The translations under genes and the position numbers were made by a program. A model generated the notes under the pieces. The model was given only the letters and a program-made list of their open reading frames with translations. It ran no database searches and had not been told where the DNA came from. From Antedon mediterranea (Eukaryota; Animalia; Echinodermata), in NCBI RefSeq assembly GCF_964355755.1, contig NC_092680.1:11036001-11100000 (forward strand): DNA of 64,000 nucleotides, read 5' to 3'. The first letter of the stretch is position 1. Each line of letters starts with the position of its first letter. Below are positions 1 to 15,000 of the stretch, piece by piece.

Positions 1-3000
1 ATGCGATTTGAAGCTCTTCTGTACACTTTGATGTTTTGTTTGAAAAAGTTTTGTCGAAATTCTCAAAATGGTCTAAAACGTTTTTAAATACGATATTAAG
101 CTGTTTTGTGCACTTTGATGATTTGTGTGAAAAGTTTTAATGAAATGCTCAAAATGGTCTAAAACGGTTTCTAATGTGATTTTAAGCACTTTGATGTTTT
201 TGTGTAACCAAGTTTTTTCGAAAATCACAAAATAGTCTAAAACGTCTCCAAATGCGATTTGAAGCTATTCTGTACACTTTTATGTTTTGTGTGAAAAAGT
301 TTTGTCGAAATGCTCAAAATGGTCTAAAACGTTTTAATATACCATATTAAGCTATTTTGTGCACTTTGATGTTTTTTGTGAAAAGTTTTATCGAAATCCT
401 CAAAATGGTCTAAAACGGTTTCTATTGTGATTTTAAGCACTTTGATGATTTTGTGTAACCAAGTTTCATCGAAATGTACAAAATGGTCTAAAACGTCTCC
501 AAATGCGATTTGAAGCTATTCTAAGTACTTTTGTGTTTTTATATTAACAAGTTTTTTTTTAAATCACAAAATGGTCTAAAACGTCTTCAAATGCGATTTG
601 AAGCTATTCTGTACACTTTGATGTTTTGTGTGAAAAAGTTTTGTCGAAATGCTCAAAATGGTCTAAAACGTTTTTAAATACGATATTAAGCTATTTTGTG
701 ATCTTTGATGTTTTTGTGTGAAAAGTTTTATCGAAATGCTCAAAATGGTCTAAAACGGTTTCTATTGTGATTTTAAGCACTTTGATGATTTTGTGTAACC
801 AAGTTTTATCGAAATGCTCAAAATGGTCTAAAACGGTTTCTAATGCGATTTGAAGCTATTCTGTACCCTTTGAAGTTTTTTGTGAAAAAGTTTTCCTTAA
901 ATGCTCAAAATGGTCTAAAAAGTTTTTATATACCATATTAAGCTATTTTGTGCACTTTGATGTTTTTTGTGAAAAGTTTTATCGAAATGCTCAAAATGGT
1001 CTAAAACGGTTTCTATTGGGATTTTAAGCACTTTGATGATTTTGTGTAACCAAGTTTCATCGAAATGTACAAAATGGTCTAAAACGTCTCCAAATGCGAT
1101 TTGAAGCTATTCTAAGTACTTTTGTGTTTTTATGTTAACAAGTTTTTTCGAAAATCACAAAATGGTCTAAAACGTCTTCAAATGCGATTTGAAGCTATTC
1201 TGTACACTTTTATGTTTTGTGTGAAAAAGTTTTGTCGAAATTCTCAAAATGGTCTAAAACGTTTTTAAATACGATATTAAGCTGTTTTGTGCACTTTGAT
1301 GATTTGTGTGAAAAGTTTTAACGAAATGCTCAAAATGGTCAAAAACGGTTTCTAATGTGATTTTAAGCACTTTGATGTTTTTGTGTAACCAAGTTTTTTC
1401 AAAAATCACAAAATGGTCTAAAACGTCTCCAAATGCGATTTGAAGCTTTTCTAAGCACTTTGGTGTTTTTATGTTAACAAGTTTTTTCGAAAATCACAAA
1501 ATGGTCTAAAACGTCTCCAAATGCGATTTGAAGATATTCTGAGCACTTTGGTGTTTTTATGTTAAAAAGTTTTTTCGAAAATCACAAAATAGTCTAAAAC
1601 GTCTCCAAATGCGATTTGAAGCTATTCTGTACACTTTGATGTTTTGTGTGAAAAAGTTTTGTCGAAATGCTCAAAATGGTCTAAAACGTTTTTAAAACGA
1701 TATTAAGCTATTTTGTGCTCTTTGATGTTTTTGTGTAACCAAGTTTCATCGAAAATCACAAAATGGTCTAAAACGTCTCAAAATGCGATTTGAAGCTTTT
1801 CTAAGCACTTTGGTGTTTTTATGTTAACAAGTTTTTTCGAAAATCACGAAATGGTCTAAAATGTCTCCAAATGCGATTTGAAGATATTCTGAGCACTTTG
1901 GTGTTTTTATGTTAAAAAGTTTTTTCGAAAATCACAAAATGGTCTAAAACGTCTCCAAATGCGATTTGAAGCTCTTGTGTACACTTTGATGTTTTGTGTG
2001 AAAAAGTTTTGTCGAAATGCTCAAAATGGTCTAAAACGTTTTTAAATACGATATTAAGCTGTTTTGTGCACTTTGATGATTTGTGTGAAAAGTTTTAAAG
2101 AAATGCTCAAAATGGTCTAAAACGGTTTCTAATGTGATTTTAAGCACTTTGATGTTTTTGTGTAACCAAGTTTTATCGATAATCACAAAATAGTCTAAAA
2201 CGTCTCCAAATGCGATTTGAAGCTTTTCTAAGCACTTTGGTGTTTTTATGTTAACAAGTTTTTTCGAAAATCACAAAATGGTCTAAAACGTCTCCAAATG
2301 CGATTTGAGGATATTCTGAGCACTTTGGTGTTTTTTTGTTAAAAAGTTTTTTCGAAAATCACAAAATGGTCTAAAACTTCTCCAAATGCGATTTGAAGCT
2401 ATTCTGTACACTTTGATGTTTTGTGTGAAAAAGTTTTGTCGAAATGCTCAAAATGGTCTAAAACATTTTTAAATACGATATTAAGCTATTTTGTGATCTT
2501 TGATGTTTTTGTGTGAAAAGTTTTATCGAAATGCTCAAAATGGTCTAAAACGGTTTCTATTGTGATTTTAAGCACTTTGATGATTTTGTGTAACCAAGTT
2601 TCATCGAAATGTACAAAATGGTCTAAAACGTCTCCAAATGCGATTTGAAGCTATTCTAAGTACTTTTGTGTTTTTATGTTAACAAGTTTTTTCGAAAATC
2701 ACAAAATGGTCTAAAACGTCTTCAAATGCGATTTGAAGCTATTCTGTACACTTTGATGTTTTGTGTGAAAAAGTTTTGTCAAAATGCTCAAAATGGTCTA
2801 AAACGTTTTTAAAACGATATTAAGCTATTTTGTGCTCTTTGATGTTTTTGTGTAACCAAGTTTCATCGAAAATCACAACATGGTCTAAAACGTCTCCAAA
2901 TGCGATTTGAAGCTTTTCTAAGCACTTTGGTGTTTTTATGTTAACAAGTTTTTTCGAAAATCACAAAATGGTCTAAAACGTCTCCAAATGCGATTTGAAG

Positions 3001-6000
3001 CTCTTCTGTACACTTTGATGTTTTGTTTGAAAAAGTTTTGTCGAAATTCTCAAAATGGTCTAAAACGTTTTTAAATACGATATTAAGCTGTTTTGTGCAC
3101 TTTGATGATTTGTGTGAAAAGTTTTAACGAAATGCTCAAAATGGTCTAAAACGGTTTCTAATGTGATTTTAAGCACTTTGATGTTTTTGTGTAACCAAGT
3201 TTTTTCGAAAATCACAAAATAGTCTAAAACGTCTCCAAATGCGATTTGAAGCTATTCTGTACACTTTTATGTTTTGTGTGAAAAAGTTTTGTCGAAATGC
3301 TCAAAATGGTCTAAAACGTTTTAATATACCATATTAAGCTATTTTGTGCACTTTGATGTTTTTTGTGAAAAGTTTTATCGAAATCCTCAAAATGGTCTAA
3401 AACGGTTTCTATTGTGATTTTAAGCACTTTGATGATTTTGTGTAACCAAGTTTCATCGAAATGTACAAAATGGTCTAAAACGTCTCCAAATGCGATTTGA
3501 AGCTATTCTAAGTACTTTTGTGTTTTTATGTTAACAAGTTTTTTTTTAAATCACAAAATGGTCTAAAACGTCTTCAAATGCGATTTGAAGCTATTCTGTA
3601 CACTTTGATGTTTTGTGTGAAAAAGTTTTGTCGAAATGCTCAAAATGGTCTAAAACGTTTTTAAATACGATATTAAGCTATTTTGTGATCTTTGATGTTT
3701 TTGTGTGAAAAGTTTTATCGAAATGCTCAAAATGGTCTAAAACGGTTTCTATTGTGATTTTAAGCACTTTGATGATTTTGTGTAACCAAGTTTCATCGAA
3801 ATGTACAAAATGGTCTAAAACGTCTCCAAATGCGATTTGAAGCTATTCTAAGTACTTTTGTGTTTTTATGTTAACAAGTTTTTTCGAAAATCACAAAATG
3901 GTCTAAAACGTCTTCAAATGCGATTTGAAGCTATTCTGTACACTTTGATGTTTTGTGTGAAAAAGTTTTGTCGAAATGCTCAAAATGGTCTAAAACGTTT
4001 TTAAATACGATATTAAGCTATTTTGTGCTCTTTGATGTTTTTGTGTAACCAAGTTTCATCGAAAATCACAAAATGGTCTAAAACGTCTTCAAATGCGATT
4101 TGAAGCTATTCTGTACACTTTGATGTTTTGTGTGAAAAAGTTTTGTCAAAATGCTCAAAATGGTCTAAAACGTTTTTAAAACGATATTAAGCTATTTTGT
4201 GCTCTTTGATGTTTTTGTGTAACCAAGTTTCATCGAAAATCACAAAATGGTCTAAAACGTCTCCAAATGCGATTTGAAGCTTTTCTAAGCACTTTGGTGT
4301 TTTTATGTTAACAAGTTTTTTCGAAAATCACGAAATGGTCTAAAATGTCTCCAAATGTGATTTGAAGATATTCTGAGCACTTAGATGTTTTTGTGTGAAA
4401 AGTTTTATCGAAATGCTCAAAATGGTCTAAAACGGTTTCTAATGCGATTTGAAGCTATTCTGTACACTTTGAAGTTTTTTGTGAAAAAGTTTTCTCGAAA
4501 TGCTCAAAATGGTCTAAAACGTTTTTATATACCATATTAAGCTATTTTGTGCACTTTTATGTTTTGTGTGAAAAAGTTTTGTCGAAATTCTCAAAATGGT
4601 CTAAAACGTTTTTAAATACGATATTAAGCTGTTTTGTGCACTTTGATGATTTGTGTGAAAAGTTTTAACGAAATGCTCAAAATGGTCAAAAACGGTTTCT
4701 AATGTGATTTTAAGCACTTTGATGTTTTTGTGTAACCAAGTTTTTTCAAAAATCACAAAATGGTCTAAAACGTCTCCAAATGCGATTTGAAGCTTTTCTA
4801 AGCACTTTTGTGTTTTTATGTTAACAAGTTTTTTCGAAAATCACAAAATGGTCTAAAACGTCTTCAAATGCGATTTGAAGCTATTCTGTACACTTTGATG
4901 TTTTGTGTGAAAAAGATTTGTCGATATGCTCAAAATGGTCTAAAACGTTTTTAAATACGATATTAAGCTGTTTTGTGCACTTTAATGATTTGTGTGAAAA
5001 GTTTTACGAAATGCTCAAAATGGTCTAAAACGGTTTCTAATGTGATTTTAAGCACTTTGATGTTTTTGTGTAACCAAGTTTTTTCAAAAATCACAAAATG
5101 GTCTAAAACGTCTCCAAATGCGATTTGAAGCTTTTCTAAGCACTTTGGTGTTTTTATGTTAACAAGTTTTTTCGAAAATCACAAAATGGTCTAAAACGTC
5201 TCCAAATGCGATTTGAAGCTATTCTGTACACTTTGATGTTTTGTGTGAAAAAGTTTTGTCGAAATGCTCAAAATGGTCTAAAACATTTTTAAATACGATA
5301 TTAAGCTATTTTGTGATCTTTGATGTTTTTGTGTGAAAAGTTTTATCGAAATGCTCAAAATGGTCTAAAACGGTTTCTATTGTGATTTTAAGCACTTTGA
5401 TGATTTTGTGTAACCAAGTTTCATCGAAATGTACAAAATGGTCTAAAACGTCTCCAAATGCGATTTGAAGCTATTCTAAGTACTTTTGTGTTTTTATGTT
5501 AACAAGTTTTGTCGAAAATCACAAAATGGTCTAAAACGTCTTCAAATGCGATTTGAAGCTATTCTGTACACTTTGATGTTTTGTGTGAAAAAGTTTTGTC
5601 AAAATGCTCAAAATGGTCTAAAACGTTTTTAAAACGATATTAAGCTATTTTGTGCTCTTTGATGTTTTTGTGTAACCAAGTTTCATCGAAAATCACAACA
5701 TGGTATAAAACGTCTCCAAATGCGATTTGAAGCTTTTCTAAGCACTTTGGTGTTTTTATGTTAACAAGTTTTTTCGAAAATCACAAAATGGTCTAAAACG
5801 TCTCCAAATGCGATTTGAAGCTTTTCTAAGCACTTTGGTGTTTTTATGTTAACAAGTTTTTTCGAAAATCTTGAAATGGTCTAAAATGTCTCCAAATGCG
5901 ATTTGAAGATATTCTGAGCACTTTGGTGTTTTTATGTTAAAAAGTTTTTTCGAAAATCACAAAATGGTCTAAAACGTCTCCAAATGCGATTTGAAGCTCT

Positions 6001-9000
6001 TCTGTACACTTTGATGTTTTGTGTGAAAAAGATTTGTCGATATGCTCAAAATGGTCTAAAACGTTTTTAAATACGATATTAAGCTGTTTTGTGCACTTTA
6101 ATGATTTGTGTGAAAAGTTTTACGAAATGCTCAAAATGGTCTAAAACGGTTTCTAATGTGATTTTAAGCACTTTGATGTTTTTGTGTAACCAAGTTTTTT
6201 CGAAAATCACAAAATGGTCTAAAACGTCTCCAAATGCGATTTCAAGCTTTTCTAAGCACTTTGGTGTTTTTATGTTAACAAGTTTTTTCGAAAATCACAA
6301 AATGGTCTAAAACGTCTCCAAATGCGATTTGAAGCTATTCTGTACACTTTGATGTTTTGTGTGAAAAAGTTTTGTCGAAATGCTCAAAATGGTCTAAAAC
6401 ATTTTTAAATACGATATTAAGCTATTTTGTGATCTTTGATGTTTTTGTGTGAAAAGTTTTATCGAAATGCTCAAAATGGTCTAAAACGGTTTCTATTGTG
6501 ATTTTAAGCACTTTGATGATTTTGTGTAACCAAGTTTCATCGAAATGTACAAAATGGTTTAAAACGTCTCCAAATGCGATTTGAAGCTATTCTAAGTACT
6601 TTTGTGTTTTTATGTTAACAAGTTTTGTCGAAAATCACAAAATGGTCTAAAACGTCTTCAAATGCGATTTGAAGCTATTCTGTACACTTTGATGTTTTGT
6701 GTGAAAAAGTTTTGTCAAAATGCTCAAAATGGTCTAAAACGTTTTTAAAACGATATTAAGCTATTTTGTGCTCTTTGATGTTTTTGTGTAACCAAGTTTC
6801 ATCGAAAATCACAACATGGTATAAAACGTCTCCAAATGCGATTTGAAGCTTTTCTAAGCACTTTGGTGTTTTTATGTTAACAAGTTTTTTCGAAAATCAC
6901 AAAATGGTCTAAAACGTCTCCAAATGCGATTTGAAGCTTTTCTAAGCACTTTGGTGTTTTTATGTTAACAAGTTTTTTCGAAAATCTTGAAATGGTCTAA
7001 AATGTCTCCAAATGCGATTTGAAGATATTCTGAGCACTTTGGTGTTTTTATGTTAAAAAGTTTTTTCGAAAATCACAAAATGGTCTAAAACGTCTCCAAA
7101 TGCGATTTGAAGCTCTTCTGTACACTTTGATGTTTTGTGTGAAAAAGATTTGTCGATATGCTCAAAATGGTCTAAAACGTTTTTAAATACGATATTAAGC
7201 TGTTTTGTGCACTTTAATGATTTGTGTGAAAAGTTTTACGAAATGCTCAAAATGGTCTAAAACGGTTTCTAATGTGATTTTAAGCACTTTGATGTTTTTG
7301 TGTAACCAAGTTTTTTCGAAAATCACAAAATGGTCTAAAACGTCTCCAAATGCGATTTCAAGCTTTTCTAAGCACTTTGGTGTTTTTATGTTAACAAGTT
7401 TTTTCGAAAATCACAAAATGGTCTAAAACGTCTCCAAATGCGATTTGAAGCTTTTCTTAGCACTTTGGTGTTTTTATGTTAACAAGTTTTTTCGAAAATC
7501 TTGAAATGGTCTAAAATGTCTCCAAATGCTATTTGAAGATATTCTGAGCACTTTGGTGTTTTTATGTTAAAAAGTTTTTTCGAAAATCACAAAATGGTCT
7601 AAAACGTCTCCAAATGCGATTTGAAGCTCTTCTGTACACTTTGATGTTTTGTGTGAAAAAGATTTGTCGATATGCTCAAAATGGTCTAAAACGTTTTTAA
7701 ATACGATATTAAGCTGTTTTGTGCACTTTAATGATTTGTGTGAAAAGTTTTACGAAATGCTCAAAATGGTCTAAAACGGTTTCTAATGTGATTTTAAGCA
7801 CTTTGATGTTTTTGTGTAACCAAGTTTTTTCGAAAATCACAAAATGGTCTAAAACGTCTCCAAATGCGATTTCAAGCTTTTCTAAGCACTTTGGTGTTTT
7901 TATGTTAACAAGTTTTTTCGAAAATCACAAAATGGTCTAAAACGTCTCCAAATGCGATTTGAGGATATTCTGAGCACTTTGGTGTTTTTATGTTAAAAAG
8001 TTTTTTCGAAAATCACAAAATGGTCTAAAACGTCTCCAAATGCGATTTGAAGCTATTCTGTACACTTTGATGTTTTGTGTGAAAAAGTTTTGTCGAAATG
8101 CTCAAAATGGTCTAAAACGTTTTTAAAACGATATTAAGCTATTTTGTGCTCTTTGATGTTTTTGTGTAACCAAGTTTCATCGAAATCAACAAAATGGTCT
8201 AATACGTCTCCAAATGCGATTTGAAGTTTTTCCAAGCACTTTGCTGTTTTTATGTTAACAAGTTTTTTCGAAAATCACAAAATGGTCTAAAACGTCTTCA
8301 AATGCGATTTGAAGCTATTCTGTACACTTTGATGTTTTGTGTGAAAAAGTTTTGTCGAAATGCTCAAAATGGTCTAAAACGTTTTTAAATACGATATAAA
8401 GCTATTTTGTGATCTTTGATGTTTTTGTGTGAAAAGTTTTATCGAAATGCTCAAAATGGTCTAAAACGGTTTCTAATGCGATTTGAAGCTATTCTGTACC
8501 CTTTGAAGTTTTTTGTGAAAAAGTTTTCTCGAAATGCTCAAAATGGTCTAAAAAGTTTTTATATACCATATTAAGCTATTTTGTGCACTTTGATGTTTTT
8601 TGTGAAAAGTTTTATCGAAATGCTCAAAATGGTCTAAAACGGTTTCTATTGGGATTTTAAGCACTTTGATGATTTTGTGTAACCAAGTTTCATCGAAATG
8701 TACAAAATGGTCTAAAACGTCTCCAAATGCGATTTGAAGCTATTCTAAGTACTTTTGTGTTTTTATGTTAACAAGTTTTTTCGAAAATCACAAAATGGTC
8801 TAAAACGTCTTCAAATGCGATTTGAAGCTATTCTGTAACACTTTTATGTTTTGTGTGAAAAAGTTTTGTCGAAATTCTCAAAATGGTCTAAAACGTTTTT
8901 AAATACGATATTAAGATGTTTTGTGCACTTTGATGATTTGTGTGAAAAGTTTTAACGAAATGCTCAAAATGGTCAAAAACGGTTTCTAATGTGATTTTAA

Positions 9001-12000
9001 GCACTTTGATGTTTTTGTGTAACCAAGTTTTTTCAAAAATCACAAAATGGTCTAAAACGTCTCCAAATGCGATTTGAAGCTTTTCTAAGCACTTTGGTGT
9101 TTTTATGTTAACAAGTTTTTTCGAAAATCACAAAATGGTCTAAAACGTCTCCAAATGCGATTTGAAGATATTCTGAGCACTTTGGTGTTTTTATGTTAAA
9201 AAGTTTTTTCGAAAATCACAAAATAGTCTAAAACGTCTACAAATGCGATTTGAAGCTATTCTGTACACTTTGATGTTTTGTGTGAAAAAGTTTTGTCGAA
9301 ATGCTCAAAATGGTCTAAAACGTTTTTAAAACGATATTAAGCTATTTTGTGCACTTTAATGATTTGTGTGAAAAGTTTTACGAAATGCTCAAAATGGTCT
9401 AAAACGGTTTCTAATGTGATTTTAAGCACTTTGATGTTTTTGTGTAACCAAGTTTTTTCGAAAATCACAAAATGGTCTAAAACGTCTCCAAATGCGATTT
9501 CAAGATTTTCTAAGCACTTTGGTGTTTTTATGTTAACAAGTTTTTTCGAAAATCACAAAATGGTCTAAAACGTCTCCAAATGCGATTTGAAGCTTTTCTA
9601 AGCACTTTAGTGTTTTTATGTTAACAAGTTTTTTCGAAAATCTTGAAATGGTCTAAAATGTCTCCAAATGCGATTTGAAGATATTCTGAGCACTTTGGTG
9701 TTTTTATGTTAAAAAGTTTTTTCGAAAATCACAAAATGGTCTAAAACGTCTCCAAATGCGATTTGAAGCTCTTCTGTACACTTTGATGTTTTGTGTGAAA
9801 AAGATTTGTCGATATGCTCAAAATGGTCTAAAACGTTTTTAAATACGATATTAAGCTGTTTTGTGCACTTTAATGATTTGTGTGAAAAGTTTTACGAAAT
9901 GCTCAAAATGGTCTAAAACGGTTTCTAATGTGATTTTAAGCACTTTGATGTTTTTGTGTAACCAAGTTTTTTCGAAAATCACAAAATGGTCTAAAACGTC
10001 TCCAAATGCGATTTCAAGCTTTTCTAAGCACTTTGGTGTTTTTATGTTAACAAGTTTTTTCGAAAATCACAAAATGGTCTAAAACGTCTCCAAATGCGAT
10101 TTGAAGCTATTCTGTACACTTTGATGTTTTGTGTGAAAAAGTTTTGTCAAAATGCTCAAAATGGTCTAAAACGTTTTTAAAACGATATTAAGCTATTTTG
10201 TGCTCTTTGATGTTTTTGTGTAACCAAGTTTCATCGAAAATCACAACATGGTATAAAACGTCTCCAAATGCGATTTGAAGCTTTTCTAAGCACTTTGGTG
10301 TTTTTATGTTAACAAGTTTTTTCGAAAATCACAAAATGGTCTAAAACGTCTCCAAATGCGATTTGAAGCTCTTCTGTACACTTTGATGTTTTGTTTGAAA
10401 AAGTTTTGTCGAAATTCTCAAAATGGTCTAAAACGTTTTTAAATACGATATTAAGCTGTTTTGTGCACTTTGATGATTTGTGTGAAAAGTTTTAACGAAA
10501 TGCTCAAAATGGTCTAAAACGGTTTCTAATGTGATTTTAAGCACTTTGATGTTTTTGTGTAACCAAGTTTTTTCGAAAATCACAAAATAGTCTAAAACGT
10601 CTCCAAATGCGATTTGAAGCTTTTCTAAGCACTTTGGTGTTTTTATGTTAACAAGTTTTTTCGAAAATCACAAAATGGTCTAAAGCGTCTCCAAATGCGA
10701 TTTGAGGATATTCTGAGCACTTTGGTGTTTTTTTGTTAACAAGTTTTTTCGAAAATCACAAAATGGTCTAAAACGTCTCAAAATGCGATTTGAAGCTATT
10801 CTGTACACTTTGATGTTTTGTGTGAAAAAGTTTTGTCGAAATGCTCAAAATGGTCTAAAACGTTTTTAAATACGATATTAAGCTATTTTGTGATCTTTGA
10901 TGTTTTTGTGTGAAAAGTTTTATCGAAATGCTCAAAATGGTCTAAAACGGTTTCTATTGTGATTTTAAGCACTTTGATATTTTGTGTAACCAAGTTTCAT
11001 CGAAATGTACAAAATGGTCTAAAACGTCTCCAAATGCGATTTGAAGCTATTCTAAGTACTTTTGTGTTTTTATGTTAACAAGTTTTTTCGAAAATCACAA
11101 AATGGTCTAAAACGTCTTCAAATGCGATTTGAAGCTATTCTGTACACTTTGATGTTTTGTGTGAAAAAGATTTGTCGATATGCTCAAAATGGTCTAAAAC
11201 GTTTTTAAATACGATATTAAGCTGTTTTGTGCACTTTAATGATTTGTGTGAAAAGTTTTACGAAATGCTCAAAATGGTCTAAAACGGTTTCTAATGTGAT
11301 TTTAAGCACTTTGATGTTTTTGTGTAACCAAGTTTTTTCGAAAATCACAAAATGGTCTAAAACGTCTCCAAATGCGATTTCAAGCTTTTCTAAGCACTTT
11401 GGTGTTTTTATGTTAACAAGTTTTTTCGAAAATCACAAAATGGTCTAAAACGTCTCCAAATGCGATTTGAGGATATTCTAAGCACTTTGGTGTTTTTATG
11501 TTAAAAAGTTTTTTCGAAAATCACAAAATGGTCTAAAACGTCTCCAAATGCGATTTGAAGCTATTCTGTACACTTTGATGTTTTGTGTGAAAAAGTTTTG
11601 TCGAAATGCTCAAAATGGTCTAAAACGTTTTTAAAACGATATTAAGCTATTTTGTGCTCTTTGATGTTTTTGTGTAACCAAGTTTCATCGAAATCAACAA
11701 AATGGTCTAATACGTCTCCAAATGCGATTTGAAGTTTTTCCAAGAACTTTGCTGTTTTTATGTTAACAAGTTTTTTCGAAAATCACAAAATGGTCTAAAA
11801 CGTCTTCAAATGCGATTTGAAGCTATTCTGTACACTTTGATGTTTTGTGTGAAAAAGTTTTGTCGAAATGCTCAAAATGGTCTAAAACGTTTTTAAATAC
11901 GATATAAAGCTATTTTGTGATCTTTGATGTTTTTGTGTGAAAAGTTTTATCGAAATGCTCAAAATGGTCTAAAACGTCTCCAAATGCGATTTGAAGCTAT

Positions 12001-15000
12001 TCTGTACACTTTGATGTTTTGTGTGAAAAAGTTTTGTCGAAATGCTCAAAATGGTCTAAAACGTTTTTAAATACGATATTAAGCTATTTTGTGATCTTTG
12101 ATGTTTTTGTGTGAAAAGTTTTATCGAAATGCTCAAAATGGTCTAAAACGGTTTCTATTGTGATTTTAAGCACTTTGATGATTTTGTGTAACCAAGTTTC
12201 ATCGAAATGTACAAAATGGTCTAAAACGTCTCCAAATGCGATTTGAAGCTATTCTAAGTACTTTTGTGTTTTTATGTTAACAAGTTTTTTCGAAAATCAC
12301 AAAATGGTCTAAAACGTCTTCAAATGCGATTTGAAGCTATTCTGTACACTTTGATGTTTTGTGTGAAAAAGATTTGTCGATATGCTCAAAATGGTCTAAA
12401 ACGTTTTTAAATACGATATTAAGCTGTTTTGTGCACTTTAATGATTTGTGTGAAAAGTTTTACGAAATGCTCAAAATGGTCTAAAACGGTTTCTAATGTG
12501 ATTTTAAGCACTTTGATGTTTTTGTGTAACCAAGTTTTTTCGAAAATCACAAAATGGTCTAAAACGTCTCCAAATGCGATTTCAAGCTTTTCTAAGCACT
12601 TTGGTGTTTTTATGTTAACAAGTTTTTTCGAAAATCACAAAATGGTCTAAAACGTCTCCAAATGCGATTTGAGGATATTCTAGGCACTTTGGTGTTTTTA
12701 TGTTAAAAAGTTTTTTCGAAAATCACAAAATGGTCTAAAACGTCTCCAAATGCGATTTGAAGCTATTCTGTACACTTTGATGTTTTGTGTGAAAAAGTTT
12801 TGTCGAAATGCTCAAAATGGTCTAAAACGTTTTTAAAACGATATTAAGCTATTTTGTGCTCTTTGATGTTTTTGTGTAACCAAGTTTCATCGAAATCAAC
12901 AAAATGGTCTAATACGTCTCCAAATGCGATTTGAAGTTTTTCCAAGCACTTTGCTGTTTTTATGTTAACAAGTTTTTTCGAAAATCACAAAATGGTCTAA
13001 AACGTCTTCAAATGCGATTTGAAGCTATTCTGTACACTTTGATGTTTTGTGTGAAAAAGTTTTGTCGAAATGCTCAAAATGGTCTAAAACGTTTTTAAAT
13101 ACGATATAAAGCTATTTTGTGATCTTTGATGTTTTTGTGTGAAAAGTTTTATCGAAATGCTCAAAATGGTCTAAAACGGTTTCTAATGCGATTTGAAGCT
13201 ATTCTGTACCCTTTGAAGTTTTTTGTGAAAAAGTTTTCTCGAAATGCTCAAAATGGTCTAAAAAGTTTTTATATACCATATTAAGCTATTTTGTGCACTT
13301 TGATGTTTTTTGTGAAAAGTTTTATCGAAATGCTCAAAATGGTCTAAAACGGTTTCTATTGGGATTTTAACCACTTTGATGATTTTGTGTAACCAAGTTT
13401 CATCGAAATGTACAAAATGGTCTAAAACGTCTCCAAATGCGATTTGAAGCTATTCTAAGTACTTTTGTGTTTTTATGTTAACAAGTTTTTTCGAAAATCA
13501 CAAAATGGTCTAAAACGTCTTCAAATGCGATTTGAAGCTATTCTGTACACTTTTATGTTTTGTGTGAAAAAGTTTTGTCGAAATTCTCAAAATGGTCTAA
13601 AACGTTTTTAAATACGATATTAAGCTGTTTTGTGCACTTTGATGATTTGTGTGAAAAGTTTTAACGAAATGTGATTTTAAGCACTTTGATGTTTTTGTGT
13701 AACCAAGTTTTTTAAAAAATCACAAAATGGTCTAAAACGTCTCCAAATGCGATTTGAAACTTTTCTAAGCACTTTGGTGTTTTTATGTTAACAAGTTTTT
13801 TCGAAAATCACAAAATGGTCTAAAACGTCTCCAAATGCGATTTGAAGATATTCTGAGCACTTTGGTGTTTTTATGTTTAAAAGTTTTTTCGAAAATCACA
13901 AAATAGTCTAAAACGTCTCCAAATGCGATTTGAAGCTATTCTGTACACTTTGATGTTTTGTGTGAAAAAGTTTTGTCGAAATGCTCAAAATGGTCTAAAA
14001 CGTTTTTAAAACGATATTAAGCTATTTTGTGCTCTTTGATGTTTTTGTGTAACCAAGTTTCATCGAAAATCACAAAATGGTCTAAAACGTCTCCAAATGC
14101 GATTTGAAGCTCTTCTGTACACTTTGATGTTTTGTGTGAAAAAGTTTTGTCGAAATGCTCAAAATGGTCTAAAACGTTTTTAAATACGATATTAAGCTGT
14201 TTTGTGCACTTTGATGATTTGTGTGAAAAGTTTTAACGAAATGCTCAAAATGGTCTAAAACGGTTTCTAATGTGATTTTAAGCACTTTGATGTTTTTGTG
14301 TAACCAAGTTTTATCGAAAATCACAAAATAGTCTAAAACGTCTCCAAATGCGATTTGAAGCTTTTCTAAGCACTTTGGTGTTTTTATGTTAACAAGTTTT
14401 TTCGAAAATCACAAAATGGTCTAAAACGTCTCCAAATGCGATTTGAGGATATTCTGAGCACTTTGGTGTTTTTTTGTTAAAAAGTTTTTTCGAAAATCAC
14501 AAAATGGTCTAAAACGTCTCCAAATGCGATTTGAAGCTATTCTGTACACTTTGATGTTTTGTGTGAAAAAGTTTTGTCGAAATGCTCAAAATGGTCTAAA
14601 ACATTTTTAAATACGATATTAAGCTATTTTGTGATCTTTGATGTTTTTGTGTGAAAAGTTTTATCGAAATGCTCAAAATGGTCTAAAACGGTTTCTATTG
14701 TGATTTTAAGCACTTTGATGATTTTGTGTAACCAAGTTTAATCATCGAAATGTACAAAATGGTCTAAAACGTCTCCAAATGCGATTTGAAGCTATTCTAA
14801 GTACTTTTGTGTTTTTATGTTAACAAGTTTTTTCGAAAATCACAAAATGGTCTAAAACGTCTTCAAATGCGATTTGAAGCTATTCTGTACACTTTGATGT
14901 TTTGTGTGAAAAAGTTTTGTCAAAATGCTCAAAATGGTCTAAAACGTTTTTAAAACGATATTAAGCTATTTTGTGCTCTTTGATGTTTTTGTGTAACCAA

